From a virus (taxonomy: Duplodnaviria; Caudoviricetes): a stretch of DNA of 53,525 bases. Shown piece by piece: positions 1 to 9,784 of this stretch. The translations under genes and the position numbers were made by a program. A model generated the notes under the pieces. It saw only the letters and a program-made list of their open reading frames with translations. It was not told where the DNA came from and did not search any database. The DNA lies in the IMG/VR virus record IMGVR_UViG_3300010047_000004, positions 1 to 53,525 of that record. The stretch is one strand, 5' to 3'. Each line of letters starts with the position of its first letter. The stretch's first letter is position 1.

Positions 1-10
1 GCTTCGCGCC
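1..10. other. Left copy of putative cohesive end (cosN) GCTTCGCGCC
   Basis: Identical to 53515-53524; lambda gpA-type terminase genes follow; cosQ-like GGGTCCT lies 23 nt before the right copy. Confidence 0.75.
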
Positions 11-219
11 TGCACCAATTCGCACATGTCCCTGCCAAAGGCGATCTTTCGGTTATAGGGGAGTTCCTGATCTGGGGGTCTGGCCGGTCGGCCTGGGCGG
101 GTTCGGAGGTCACTTACTACCCCCTTAAACCTCATTATAGCAGGTTAATGGTCGTAACTTATTATTTTGTTGACCTTATGGGTGAATCGATGATAAGTCA
201 GTTAGTCAAAGGACAACTC

Positions 220-453
220 ATGATCTCACTCGTAATCCCTATCGGCGCGAAGGACGGCGCGAAGTCCGGCGAGGTGGAAGTGGACGGCGGCACGCCGGTC
301 AAGGGCGTGATCGTTGGCGAGCTTACCGCGCTGGTGATGGTGAGTGAGGACGAGGCCGAAGCGAAACCGGCTGCTCCTGCGGTTCCGGTGACGGTGACTC
401 CGGCGACGACGACCACGACGCCGCCGCCCGCGCCCGCACCACCCAAGGTCTAA
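220..453 (+). CDS. Hypothetical protein with Pro/Thr-rich tail
   Basis: ORF 148..453; ATG at 220 preceded by AAGGA; start uncertain. Confidence 0.5.
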   Translation: MISLVIPIGAKDGAKSGEVEVDGGTPVKGVIVGELTALVMVSEDEAEAKPAAPAVPVTVTPATTTTTPPPAPAPPKV

Positions 454-564
454 AACAGCGAAGCCGCTGGGGTTCGATGCCAGCGGCTCCATGAACGATA
501 TCTTCGACAGGCTTTACTTACGCGAAGTGTACAGCAACTTCGACCGTGAGGCAAGACCTGTCGA

Positions 565-1065
565 ATGGACGTCTCGATTACTGAATACGCCGTCCAGCGC
601 GGCGTGAACCCGCAAGCCATCGCCAACGCAGTGCGCGACGGGCGCATCACGCGCAACGCCGACGGCACCATCGATAGCGAAGCGGCGGATCGCGAGTGGG
701 AAGCCCATAGCAAAGCCAAGATCTCCGCTGGACCCCACGGCCCCCAGCCGAAGCAGACCAGCGTCCCGGCGACGGAGCCGGTCGCGGGCATGATGTACGC
801 CGACGCTCGCGCACTGAAGGAAGTCTATGACGCGCAGAGGAGAAAGCTGGAGCTTGAGGTCCGCGCTGGTGAACTGATTTCCCGCGCCGCTGTAGAACGC
901 GCCGCCTTCAGCCGGTTTCGGATGATTCGCGATGCGTGCATGAACATCCCCGCCAGAGTCGCGCCACTCCTGGCCGGGGAGCGGGACGAGGCCAAGGTGT
1001 TCCAGATCCTTGAGGAGGAGATCCGCCGGGTATTTACCGACTTTGCGGAAACTAACCTGACTTAG
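565..1065 (+). CDS. Terminase small subunit (Nu1-like)
   Basis: N-terminal HTH-like SITEYAVQRGVNPQAIANAVRDGRI, coiled coil KLELEVRAGELI, C-terminal IRDACMNIPARVAPLLA; near genome left end upstream of terL. Confidence 0.85.
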   Translation: MDVSITEYAVQRGVNPQAIANAVRDGRITRNADGTIDSEAADREWEAHSKAKISAGPHGPQPKQTSVPATEPVAGMMYADARALKEVYDAQRRKLELEVRAGELISRAAVERAAFSRFRMIRDACMNIPARVAPLLAGERDEAKVFQILEEEIRRVFTDFAETNLT

Positions 1066-1074
1066 GAGTGACTT

Positions 1075-1143
1075 ATGACTTACATCGATAAGCCGAAGGA
1101 CGATGAGGAAGACGACAACGAAGACGACAAGGAAGAGGAGTAA
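1075..1143 (+). CDS. 22-aa highly acidic peptide MTYIDKPKDDEEDDNEDDKEEE
   Basis: AGGAG at 1064-1068, ATG at 1075, TAA at 1141-1143; fills the gap between terS and the next ORF. Confidence 0.5.
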   Translation: MTYIDKPKDDEEDDNEDDKEEE

Positions 1144-1145
1144 CT

Positions 1146-1652
1146 ATGCCGGACGCCTTAGAAAAGCTGAAGGACCTGAAGGACTCCATCGCCCAACTGC
1201 CCGCGATTCCTGGGACCGCGCAGGAACTCAGCGATGAAATGCGCGAGTGCCAAATCGCGGAGTTCGGTCCACCGGATAACTGGCAAATGAACACGCGCAT
1301 CGGCCCTGAGCCCTCGCCGGTCTGCGCGTTTCCATCGTTGTACTTCCTGGGCTACGTGACGGTGAGCTTGCCCCAGGGCGGCTTCCGCCAGGAGGCGCCG
1401 CGCTACTGCGGAACCGGCTACGCCGCCGCCACCATGTTGCGTCTGGTGCAGGACAACTACGACCCGGACGCCAAGATGTATTACGACTGGCCGCAGGATG
1501 ACGAGTACGGCGGCGGCTATGCCGCCAACCGCAAAGTGCCGTGGATCAAGGCCAAGGGCGGCAAGGCCAACGTAGGTTTGCAGTGCGAATACTTCACTCA
1601 TGGTTACCCGCCGGATAAGTGCCTCGCCGCCGCGCTGGGTGAGTTCCGATAA
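1146..1652 (+). CDS. Hypothetical protein between terminase subunits
   Basis: GAGGAG RBS, 168 aa, stop abuts terL start. Confidence 0.75.
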   Translation: MPDALEKLKDLKDSIAQLPAIPGTAQELSDEMRECQIAEFGPPDNWQMNTRIGPEPSPVCAFPSLYFLGYVTVSLPQGGFRQEAPRYCGTGYAAATMLRLVQDNYDPDAKMYYDWPQDDEYGGGYAANRKVPWIKAKGGKANVGLQCEYFTHGYPPDKCLAAALGEFR

Positions 1653-3605
1653 GTGACCGTCACGCTCATTGACGAGTTGAGAATCGCGGACGCCCTCGCC
1701 GCATACGACCGTGCAGCCCGCGACGGCGCCAGACCTGATCCTGCCTTCACCGTCAGTCAATGGGCGGATAAGTTCCGTCAGCTATCGGCGCGATCCTCGC
1801 CGGAGCCGGGACCGTGGCGCACGTCGAGAGCGCCGTTCCTGCGAGCCATCATGGACGATCTGTCGCCAGCTTCCCGCGTGGAGACGGTGGTCTTCCAGAA
1901 GGGGGCGCAGATCGGCGGGACGGAGTGCGGCAACAACTGGTGCGGCTTCACGATCCACATGGCGCCCGGTCCCATGCTCATGGTGCAGCCGACCATCGAG
2001 ATGGCGCGGCGCAACAGTAAGCAACGCATCGGCCCGCTCATCGAAGACTCCGTCGTGCTGCGCGAGCGGGTGAAGGATTCTCGAGCCCGCGACAGCAGTA
2101 ACACGCTACTTAGTAAGGAGTTTCCTGGCGGGTTACTGGTAATGACCGGAGCTAACTCAGCCAAGGGACTCCGGTCTATGTCGGCGCGTTACTTGTTCCT
2201 CGATGAGGTCGATGGTTACAAGGGCGACGTGGAAGGCGAAGGCGAACCGTGCGGACTCGCCATCGCCCGCACGACGAACTTCGCACGCCGGAAGATCTTC
2301 ATCGTCTCGACGCCGACGGTATCAGGCCACTCGCGCATCGAGCGTTTCTACGAGGACAGCGACAAGCGGCAATACTGGGTGCCCTGTCCGCACTGCAACG
2401 AGATGCAGATCCTGGTCTTCGCGCAGTTGCGCTGGCAGCACGGCAAGCCGGAGACGGCCCGCTATCACTGCGCGGGCTGCGGCGAAGCGCTCCAGAACCA
2501 TCACAAGGCCTGGATGCTTCCGCGTGGCGAGTGGAGGCCGGACGGCGCGGAGAACTCGCGCATCCACGGCTATCACCTGTCGTCGCTCTACTCGCCGGTC
2601 GGCTGGCTGTCCTGGGAAGAGGTTGCTCGTAAGCGCGACGAGGCCGGAGAAGACCCGGAGAAGCAGCAGATCTTCTGCAACACGATCCTGGGCTTGCCCT
2701 GGCTGGACGTCGCGGAGGCGCCGGAGGCCGACCGGCTGTACGAACGCCGGGAGGATTACCAGATGGGCGTCGTGCCGGAGGGCGGCATCCTGGTCACCGC
2801 TGGCGTGGACGTGCAGTCGCGCCGCCTGGAGTGCGAGATCGTCGCCTGGGGTCGCGACCGGCATAGCTGGTCGGTGGACTATCGCGTATTCGACGGCGAC
2901 ACCACGCAGCCCGCTGTCTGGGAGAACATCACCAAGCTCTTGGACGAGGACATTCCGACCGAATACGGTCAGCCCACGAGGATCGCGAAGCTCGCCATCG
3001 ACACCGGCTACAACACGATGGCGGTTTACGACTACGTGCGGCGCATGAGCCCGATGCGCGTGATGGGGGTTAAGGGAAGCAATCGTCCCGCGTCCCTGGT
3101 GGGGTCCGCTTCCATGGTGGAGGTCGGACCCCACGGCAGCAAGCTGAAATACGGCATCCGGCTCTGGCCGGTCAACACAGACATTGCGAAGGAGGAGTTG
3201 TACCGCTGGCTGCGGAACCGCACGCCGGACCTGGGCGCGGGCGAATCCTGGCCGGTCGGCTTCTGCCACTTCCCGAACTACTCACGCGAGTACTTTGAAC
3301 AGCTAACAGCGGAGCGGTTGGTCACCTCGACGGTGCGCGGCATCAAGAAGACCCAATGGGAAAAGCACCGCGAGCGGAACGAGGCGCTGGACTGCCGGAT
3401 CTACGCACGTGCGGCGGCGGCGAGCCTACGGTTTGAAAACTGGAACGAAGCCAAATGGCAGGATCTCCAAGACCGGCTGACCTCCAGCGAGCGCAAGGGC
3501 GAGCCGCCCAGCGCCAAGAAAGCAGTCATGAACGCGCCGAAGCTCCGCACCACGCCGATGCCGACGTTTACCAGCTTCGCGCCAAGGACGGACTTCACGG
3601 AGTGA
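1653..3605 (+). CDS. Terminase large subunit, lambda gpA family
   Basis: Walker A KGAQIGGTE, Walker B YLFLDEVD, STPT, Zn-binding VPCPHC/YHCAGC, nuclease motifs TAGVDVQ, AIDTGY, RNEALDCRIYA. Confidence 0.97.
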   Translation: MTVTLIDELRIADALAAYDRAARDGARPDPAFTVSQWADKFRQLSARSSPEPGPWRTSRAPFLRAIMDDLSPASRVETVVFQKGAQIGGTECGNNWCGFTIHMAPGPMLMVQPTIEMARRNSKQRIGPLIEDSVVLRERVKDSRARDSSNTLLSKEFPGGLLVMTGANSAKGLRSMSARYLFLDEVDGYKGDVEGEGEPCGLAIARTTNFARRKIFIVSTPTVSGHSRIERFYEDSDKRQYWVPCPHCNEMQILVFAQLRWQHGKPETARYHCAGCGEALQNHHKAWMLPRGEWRPDGAENSRIHGYHLSSLYSPVGWLSWEEVARKRDEAGEDPEKQQIFCNTILGLPWLDVAEAPEADRLYERREDYQMGVVPEGGILVTAGVDVQSRRLECEIVAWGRDRHSWSVDYRVFDGDTTQPAVWENITKLLDEDIPTEYGQPTRIAKLAIDTGYNTMAVYDYVRRMSPMRVMGVKGSNRPASLVGSASMVEVGPHGSKLKYGIRLWPVNTDIAKEELYRWLRNRTPDLGAGESWPVGFCHFPNYSREYFEQLTAERLVTSTVRGIKKTQWEKHRERNEALDCRIYARAAAASLRFENWNEAKWQDLQDRLTSSERKGEPPSAKKAVMNAPKLRTTPMPTFTSFAPRTDFTE

Positions 3606-3608
3606 TGG

Positions 3609-3944
3609 ATGGCTGATCGCGGCGACCTCATCATCTACCAGGGCGACGATTGGGGCGCGACCGTCAGCGTCTTCAACGGGACCGCGCCAGCCGATATCAC
3701 CGGCTATACGGCGAAGGCGCAGATCCGCCAGGACGTCGCGGACAACGACGCCGACGTGGACGTGGAGATCGTGACGGCGGTCACCTCGCCAACCATCAGC
3801 CTGACCATCCCGGCGGCGGTCACTGCGGATATGTGCGGCGATTATGTATGGGACTTACAGATCACTTCGCCAGCCGGACAAGTTACTACCATCCTCGCCG
3901 GTAACGTGCGAGTAACCCAGGAAGTTACCAGGGCGGTTGCATGA
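3609..3944 (+). CDS. Fibre attachment/collar protein (T5 LtfC/p132-like Ig fold)
   Basis: IYQGDDW...DITGYTAKAQIR...YVWDLQIT...TTILAGNVRV..EVTR pattern; immediately upstream of a fibre gene. Confidence 0.6.
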   Translation: MADRGDLIIYQGDDWGATVSVFNGTAPADITGYTAKAQIRQDVADNDADVDVEIVTAVTSPTISLTIPAAVTADMCGDYVWDLQITSPAGQVTTILAGNVRVTQEVTRAVA

Positions 3945-5593
3945 CGCAACAGTTCAGAGCCACGCTCACTCCCAAACAGCAATTCAAGGTGTCTTACTGT
4001 CAGGGACCTCCTGGGCCTCCGGGTCCGGCGGCGTCCCAGAGTCCCTGGACGCAGAACATCGACGCGGCTAACCACGATCTGAGCAACGTCCACAACATAA
4101 CGGCTTCCAGCCAGATCAGTGCGCCGTACCTGAATATCGCAGACCTGACGCCGCCTAAGTCATGGACGTTTTTTGGCGATGCGGGTAATCTAAACCTGTC
4201 GTATTACGGGAACAATCTCTTCGGCTTCACTGGCGTTGATCCGTTCGGGATGTCAGTCTCAGGAGATCTCTCTGTTGCCGGTAGTGTGAACATTCTCGAC
4301 CAATACAACCTGGGCTACACCTTCAAGATTAACGGCATTCCTATCGGAAGCGGGTCGCAGACGCCCTGGACGAGTGACATTGATGCCGGAGGCTACCAAC
4401 TCTATAACGTAGGCATCATAACTACCAACGCTCATATCAATGTGCGCGGCATTCAGATGCCGGATGTATGGAGCACTTATGCCTGGAACATGTCGCTGGA
4501 TAACCTGGGCGGCAACTGGACCGTGCGGCGCACCGACACCTGGGTCAACTTGCTTCAGGTCGATCCAAGCGGCAACGTCAATATCCCGGCGGGCGCAGAG
4601 TACCGGGTCAACGGAGTTCCGATTGGCGGCGGTGGCGGCGGCGGCAGTCAGACGCCCTGGCTTAGTGCCATCGACGGCGGCGGCTTTGGTTTGTACAACG
4701 TCGAAAGCATCGATGCGACTTGGTTCAACGGCAGCATCAATACGACCTGGATGTACATCACCGACCCCGGCATCTCGTTCCAGTGGGGCGTAGGCACCAG
4801 CGGCGGCGTGTTGAAGTTCCAGCGCAATACCGACTGGCTCACCGTTCTGGGTCTGGACGGAAATACCGGGCGGGTCGGCGTCCTCAATGGAGCCCCGGCT
4901 TATCCACTCGATGTTACCGGCGACGTGAATACCACCGGAGTCTATCGGGTCAACGGCGCACCGTTCGCGCCTGGGCTGGACGTGCGCGTGAACTCCACGC
5001 CCTACGGTGCTTCGACGATCCTGAACATGATCGCCGGGACGAACATCACGCTGGGAACAAGCTTCTCTGCGGGCGTGATGAATCTGACGATCAACGCGGC
5101 GCAGACACCGTGGTCAACAAACATTGACGGCGGCGCTAAGAACCTGAGTAACGTGAACGTACTTACCGCCGTTCGGCACATTACCGCGACACTCCCCGCT
5201 GGAAATAACGTTCCGTTCTTCGCCACTGGTAGTGACGGCGCCGGATCTATCGCCTTTGGCTTCAATCAGGCGGGCGTGAACAGTTACCTCACCTATTACG
5301 GGCCTAGTCATGGAGCGGCTGTCCCAAAGCGAGGCAACTTCAATATTGAATGCGGCACTGGTTTCTGCGTAGTCACCAATTCCAGCAACGTGCGCGTCTA
5401 CGTAACCCAAGCTGGCCTCGTGGGCATCGGCCTTGGCGCGGCCAGCCCCGCCTATCAACTCGACGTTGGCGGCGATATCAACGGTAGCGCAAACCTTCGG
5501 CTTCCCGGTCTTCCATCTACCGCGCCAGCCGCTGGCGCCAAGACACTTTGGTACGACCCAGCCGACGGCAATCGAGTCAAGTATGCAGCTTAA
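3941..5593 (+). CDS. Virion fibre protein (550 aa)
   Basis: Short GPP collagen-like stretch, four SQTPW..IDxxxxxLxNV repeats, GRVGV...PAYPLDVTGDVN fibre motifs, Gly/Asn/Thr-rich. Confidence 0.75.
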   Translation: MTQQFRATLTPKQQFKVSYCQGPPGPPGPAASQSPWTQNIDAANHDLSNVHNITASSQISAPYLNIADLTPPKSWTFFGDAGNLNLSYYGNNLFGFTGVDPFGMSVSGDLSVAGSVNILDQYNLGYTFKINGIPIGSGSQTPWTSDIDAGGYQLYNVGIITTNAHINVRGIQMPDVWSTYAWNMSLDNLGGNWTVRRTDTWVNLLQVDPSGNVNIPAGAEYRVNGVPIGGGGGGGSQTPWLSAIDGGGFGLYNVESIDATWFNGSINTTWMYITDPGISFQWGVGTSGGVLKFQRNTDWLTVLGLDGNTGRVGVLNGAPAYPLDVTGDVNTTGVYRVNGAPFAPGLDVRVNSTPYGASTILNMIAGTNITLGTSFSAGVMNLTINAAQTPWSTNIDGGAKNLSNVNVLTAVRHITATLPAGNNVPFFATGSDGAGSIAFGFNQAGVNSYLTYYGPSHGAAVPKRGNFNIECGTGFCVVTNSSNVRVYVTQAGLVGIGLGAASPAYQLDVGGDINGSANLRLPGLPSTAPAAGAKTLWYDPADGNRVKYAA

Positions 5594-5605
5594 CGAGGAA
5601 CTTAG

Positions 5606-5893
5606 ATGACTTACACCGAATCATCGCAACTTATGGTCGATATGAATTTTCGCGGGCGCGTGAAAGTCGCCGCCATGCAGTTCGCGACGGCGATTATGAA
5701 CGAGGAGCCGACCATCGTCGCGCATAATGCGCGGCTGAGATGGGCTCAGACCATGTATCAGCAGCCGGACGCCGTCGCCTCCCAACTCCAGACGCCCACG
5801 GTCATGGACCCGGCAGTTCAAAGCGCTGGCGCCCAGATCGAGGACGCCGCACTGCAAGGCGCAGTGGAAGCGGTCGTCAACAAGCTGATCTGA
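5606..5893 (+). CDS. Hypothetical protein, possible fibre chaperone
   Basis: GAGGA RBS; small helical protein directly after fibre gene. Confidence 0.6.
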   Translation: MTYTESSQLMVDMNFRGRVKVAAMQFATAIMNEEPTIVAHNARLRWAQTMYQQPDAVASQLQTPTVMDPAVQSAGAQIEDAALQGAVEAVVNKLI

Positions 5894-6168
5894 TGCCCTG
5901 CAACCGCAGACCGAATCCGATTCCGTTGCCGTGCCAGCAACTCGCCCAGGCGCAAGCGCAGATGGGCGTGCTCATGCGCGGGCAGAACATCAGCGCCATC
6001 GAGACGCCGCAACTGGGGCGCGTTGAGTACGAGGGCTCGCAGACCGCCATCGGTGATCTGCAACGCTACATCGACCAACTCACGGCGCAGTGCGCTCTCG
6101 CCCAGGGCGACCTCACTGGCTATCTCCGCGCACGCCGGAGGCCGGTATCGATGGAGGCCATCCCGTGA
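5893..6168 (+). CDS. Head-to-tail joining protein gpW-like
   Basis: ATG overlaps previous stop; LMRGQNISAIETPQLGRVEY...IGDLQRYIDQL...RRRP pattern; immediately upstream of portal as in lambda. Confidence 0.75.
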   Translation: MPCNRRPNPIPLPCQQLAQAQAQMGVLMRGQNISAIETPQLGRVEYEGSQTAIGDLQRYIDQLTAQCALAQGDLTGYLRARRRPVSMEAIP

Positions 6169-7739
6169 CGGCTGCGCCGGTCAAGTGGATCTCGCGGCTC
6201 TGGAGCAAGCCCAGCGCTATGTCCAGCGAGTCGCCGGTTCGCTTTGGCGAGCGGGCGCACGCCGGAGCTTCCCGCTGGCGCAAGCAACTCGCGAACTGGT
6301 TGCCGTTCCGCGCCATGGCAGACGCGGAGATCCTGCCGGACCAGGACATGCTGGTGGCGCGTGCGCGGGACCTCGCCAGGAACAACGGCGTCACCAGCGG
6401 CGCGTTCCAGACACTCGTGGACAACGTGGTCGGCATCGGGCTGCGCCTTGCGTGCTATCCCGATTACCGCGCCCTGGGACGCGACATTACCTGGGCCGAA
6501 GAATGGTCGCAGCAAGTCGAGTCACTCTGGAGAACCTGGGCGGATACGACGGCGTGTGACGCCGCCGGTAAGTACAACTTCCACTTCCTCACGTCGCTGG
6601 TCTACAGGTCCTGCATCGAGTCCGGCGAAGCGCTGGCGTTGCCTCTCTGGCTGGAGCGTGGCGACACGCCCTGGCGCACGTGTCTGCAACTGATCGAAGT
6701 AGATCGTCTATCGAATCCGAACTTCACGCCGCCCACGCTGAAGCTCCGCGGCGGTATCGAATTAGACGACTACGGCAAGCCGCTCACCTACTACGTGCGC
6801 GTCATGCAGGACTGGATGGTGATTACCGGCTGGGTCAACGTGGTCGGTCCCTGGCAAGCCATTCCCGCCGAGACTTCCTGGGGGCGCAAGCGCGTGATCC
6901 ATGTGCTCTCGACGGATCGCGTGGATCAGACTCGCGGCAAGCCGGTGCTGTCCTCCGTCATCGAGCAGTTCCGCATGCTGGACAGCTACCAGCGGACGGA
7001 GCTTCAATCCGCCATCGTGAACTCCCTGGTCGCGGGCGTCATCGAGACGCCGCTTGATCCCCAGGCGATCCACGAGTTGATGGGCGGCGATCCGAACGCC
7101 TACCTGGAAAACAAGAACCAGTGGCGCGTCCAGCTTGAGGGCGGCGCCATCATCCCGCTGTACCCAGGCGACAAGCTCACTCCGTTCACGCCCACGCGAC
7201 CCGCGCCGCAGTATTCCAACTTCGTCGAAGCGGTGCAGAGGCAGATCGGTGTCGCCCTGGGCATGCCGTATGAGTTGACGATCAAGGATTTCAGCAAGAC
7301 GAACTACTCCAGCGCTCGCGCCGCGCTCAACGAGGCGTGGAGATATTTCGTCACGCGCCGCATGTTTGTCGCGAACTACTGGATGCAGCCGGTGTACCGG
7401 CTCTGGCTGGAGGAGGCGATCAACGCGGGGATGATCGACGCGCCGGGTTACTACGAACTGCGACCGCTCTACGAACGCGCCAAATGGATCGGCCCAGGTC
7501 GCGGCTACGTGGACCCAATTAAGGAAGCCGAGGCTTCGCAACTCCGCATGTCTTCGATGACCTCGACATTGGAGAAGGAGTGCGCCGAACAGGGCGACGA
7601 CTGGATGGAAGTGCTGGAACAGGCCGCGATTGAACGCGAGCGGCTGAAGCAGTTGGGGCTGTATGTCGAACCGCCGCCGCCCACGCCGGTCGGCTCGCCA
7701 GCGGAACCGACAGTCACGCCGGTAAGGGCGAAGGAGTAA
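6165..7739 (+). CDS. Portal protein, lambda family
   Basis: LVARARDLARNNG, DNVVGIGL, GGIELDDYGKP, QTRGKP, GMPYELTIKDFSKTNYSSARAAL, YVDPIKEAEA; GTG start at 6165 after GGAGG. Confidence 0.95.
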   Translation: MTAAPVKWISRLWSKPSAMSSESPVRFGERAHAGASRWRKQLANWLPFRAMADAEILPDQDMLVARARDLARNNGVTSGAFQTLVDNVVGIGLRLACYPDYRALGRDITWAEEWSQQVESLWRTWADTTACDAAGKYNFHFLTSLVYRSCIESGEALALPLWLERGDTPWRTCLQLIEVDRLSNPNFTPPTLKLRGGIELDDYGKPLTYYVRVMQDWMVITGWVNVVGPWQAIPAETSWGRKRVIHVLSTDRVDQTRGKPVLSSVIEQFRMLDSYQRTELQSAIVNSLVAGVIETPLDPQAIHELMGGDPNAYLENKNQWRVQLEGGAIIPLYPGDKLTPFTPTRPAPQYSNFVEAVQRQIGVALGMPYELTIKDFSKTNYSSARAALNEAWRYFVTRRMFVANYWMQPVYRLWLEEAINAGMIDAPGYYELRPLYERAKWIGPGRGYVDPIKEAEASQLRMSSMTSTLEKECAEQGDDWMEVLEQAAIERERLKQLGLYVEPPPPTPVGSPAEPTVTPVRAKE

Positions 7740-7741
7740 AC

Positions 7742-9034
7742 ATGCCAGGGCATCCGCTATTCCGCGTGCTGCAAGCGATTCAGGAGAGGCCATGGGCTAT
7801 CACCGACCGCTCGATGGTCACCATCATGGATATCGTCGAACGCCACATGGACGGTCGCGAGATCGACCTGGAGGCCGTGGCGGCGAAGCTGGGCCAGCCA
7901 CTCGACAATACCGGCGGCGACGTCAGCATGCGCGGAAGTATCGCGATCATCGACGTCACCGGACCTATCTTCCGCTACGCGGATATCTTCACCAGGATCT
8001 CCGGCGCTACGGCCATAGAGACGCTCAGTCAGAATTTCCAGACGGCGATTGAGAGTTCCGCCGTGCAGCAGATCGTGCTGAACGTCAACTCACCGGGCGG
8101 TCAGGTGGACGGCGTGAGCGAGCTTGCCGACATGGTGCGGGCTGGCGCCGCCGTCAAGCCTGTCACTGCTTACGTGGACGGGCTCGCCGCCAGCGGCGCT
8201 TACTGGATCGCGAGCGCAGCCAATCGCATCGTGGCGAACGAATCAAGCTTCCTGGGCTCCATCGGCGTGGTAGTGACCGTGATGGATAATAGGGCGGCTC
8301 AGGAAAAGCGGGGAGTCAAGCGGTACGAGATCGTCAGCACTGTGTCCCCGTTAAAGCGGGCTGACGTGGCAACCGACGAAGGCCGGTCCCAGCTTCTCGC
8401 CATCGCTGACTCCCTGGCCGAAATCTTCGTTTCCCGCGTGGCTGCGTTTCGCGGCACGACAGCGGAGAACATCACGCAGAATTACGGTCGCGGCGGCGTC
8501 ATGATCGCACGGCAAGCCGTCGCCGCCGGAATGGCCGACGCTGTGTCCAACTTTGAATCGCTGATGAACGAGTTGGGCAACCCGGTCACGATGGAGTCTC
8601 TCATACGTCCAGCGGCGTCAGCCGCCCAGGAGTTAATCACCACGATGGAAAATCCGACGACGACTACAGCGGCGGCAACGCCGACTGTCGCTACACCGGC
8701 TCCTGCGCCGGTCGCGGCTGCACCCCCGGTCGATCAGAAACTGCGGATCGCAGCCATTCTCACTTGCCAGGAGGCCAACGGACGCGAGCAACTCGCCCGC
8801 ACGCTGGCGCTGGAAACTGACCTCGACCCGGAGGCCGCACGCAAGATCCTCACGGCTGCGCCGCTCGCGGTCCCGGCTGCACCGGCGCCCGCGCCCAACC
8901 GGCTGGAACAAGCCATGACGCAAGTCCCCAATCCGAAGGTCGGCACCAGCGCCGACGCAGGACTGGGCGATAGCGCGGAGGCCGACGCCGCCAGCATTCT
9001 GCGATTCGTCCCGAAGGACCGGCGGGTCGCGTAA
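7742..9034 (+). CDS. Capsid maturation protease, S49 family (gpC-like), with C-terminal scaffold domain
   Basis: LNVNSPGGQV, LAASGAYWIASAA, GSIGVV, AGMADAV motifs; Ala/Pro-rich C-terminal region with RIAAIL...ANGREQLARTLA. Confidence 0.93.
   Translation: MPGHPLFRVLQAIQERPWAITDRSMVTIMDIVERHMDGREIDLEAVAAKLGQPLDNTGGDVSMRGSIAIIDVTGPIFRYADIFTRISGATAIETLSQNFQTAIESSAVQQIVLNVNSPGGQVDGVSELADMVRAGAAVKPVTAYVDGLAASGAYWIASAANRIVANESSFLGSIGVVVTVMDNRAAQEKRGVKRYEIVSTVSPLKRADVATDEGRSQLLAIADSLAEIFVSRVAAFRGTTAENITQNYGRGGVMIARQAVAAGMADAVSNFESLMNELGNPVTMESLIRPAASAAQELITTMENPTTTTAAATPTVATPAPAPVAAAPPVDQKLRIAAILTCQEANGREQLARTLALETDLDPEAARKILTAAPLAVPAAPAPAPNRLEQAMTQVPNPKVGTSADAGLGDSAEADAASILRFVPKDRRVA
8645..9034 (+). 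CDS. Putative in-frame internal scaffold protein (Nu3-like)
   Basis: AGGAG at 8628-8632 and in-frame ATG at 8645 at the protease/scaffold boundary; analogous to lambda C/Nu3. Confidence 0.5.
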   Translation: MENPTTTTAAATPTVATPAPAPVAAAPPVDQKLRIAAILTCQEANGREQLARTLALETDLDPEAARKILTAAPLAVPAAPAPAPNRLEQAMTQVPNPKVGTSADAGLGDSAEADAASILRFVPKDRRVA

Positions 9035-9049
9035 GGAAAGGAAAAGAGC

Positions 9050-9697
9050 ATGCCAGCAGTAGCAAATCCCATGGCGCAAGCCATGTTCTCAACGACGGCA
9101 TTTTCTTACTTGCCGTTGCTCACCGATGGCGACGACGTCGTATCGCGGAGCGGCACGGTGGCTTCCGGCATCGGCGTCCTGCTTCGCGGCACCATCGTCA
9201 AGATTGATCCCGCGACCGGCGCCATCACGCTTCCCGCTACCGCCGCCGATTGCAACGCAATCCTGGTCAACGACGTGGACTCGACAGCCGCCACCGTCGC
9301 CGCGACCGTCTATCTCAGCGGAAAGTTCTCCGCAGCCGCAGTGGTATGGCCCGCTGCATTGGGGCATGGCGCCGTGGCAGATGCACTCCGCAACTTCTCC
9401 ATCCTCATCGAGTCGGTCGTCTACACCGACGGCACGTTGGTCAAGTCGGCGCCGCTCGATGCGGAAGCCGCCCAGGCCAAAGCCCAACTCGATGCGAACC
9501 GCGCCGCGCTCAAGGCAGCGGAAGACGCAGCCGCAGCCGCCGCCACCGAACCGCCGCCTCCTCCGGCAGTGCCGCCCAGCGATTCTCTCCTGGGTTACCT
9601 GACGGCTGAAGAGCGGGCGCTGCACCCCGAACTCGCGGATGTTCCGCCGCCTGAACCGGCTGCGCCGCCGACGACTCCTCCACCGACGACGCCGTAG
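9050..9697 (+). CDS. Head decoration protein (gpD-like) with Ala/Pro-rich C-terminal extension
   Basis: VLLRGTIV...AILVNDVDST...VYLSGKF..AVVWP pattern; position between protease and capsid. Confidence 0.85.
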   Translation: MPAVANPMAQAMFSTTAFSYLPLLTDGDDVVSRSGTVASGIGVLLRGTIVKIDPATGAITLPATAADCNAILVNDVDSTAATVAATVYLSGKFSAAAVVWPAALGHGAVADALRNFSILIESVVYTDGTLVKSAPLDAEAAQAKAQLDANRAALKAAEDAAAAAATEPPPPPAVPPSDSLLGYLTAEERALHPELADVPPPEPAAPPTTPPPTTP

Positions 9698-9784
9698 GTG
9701 GATCTTTTGGCCGTTCCTGCGGCTAGGCGATGAGTCGCAGGAAGCGGCGGGATTACAAAGCTTGGACATTTCAGGAGCAACAGA

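Noticed and set aside
461-488. tRNA-like T-loop GGTTCGATGCC (also near 53460)
   Set aside because: Simple hairpin with no cloverleaf, D arm or anticodon arm
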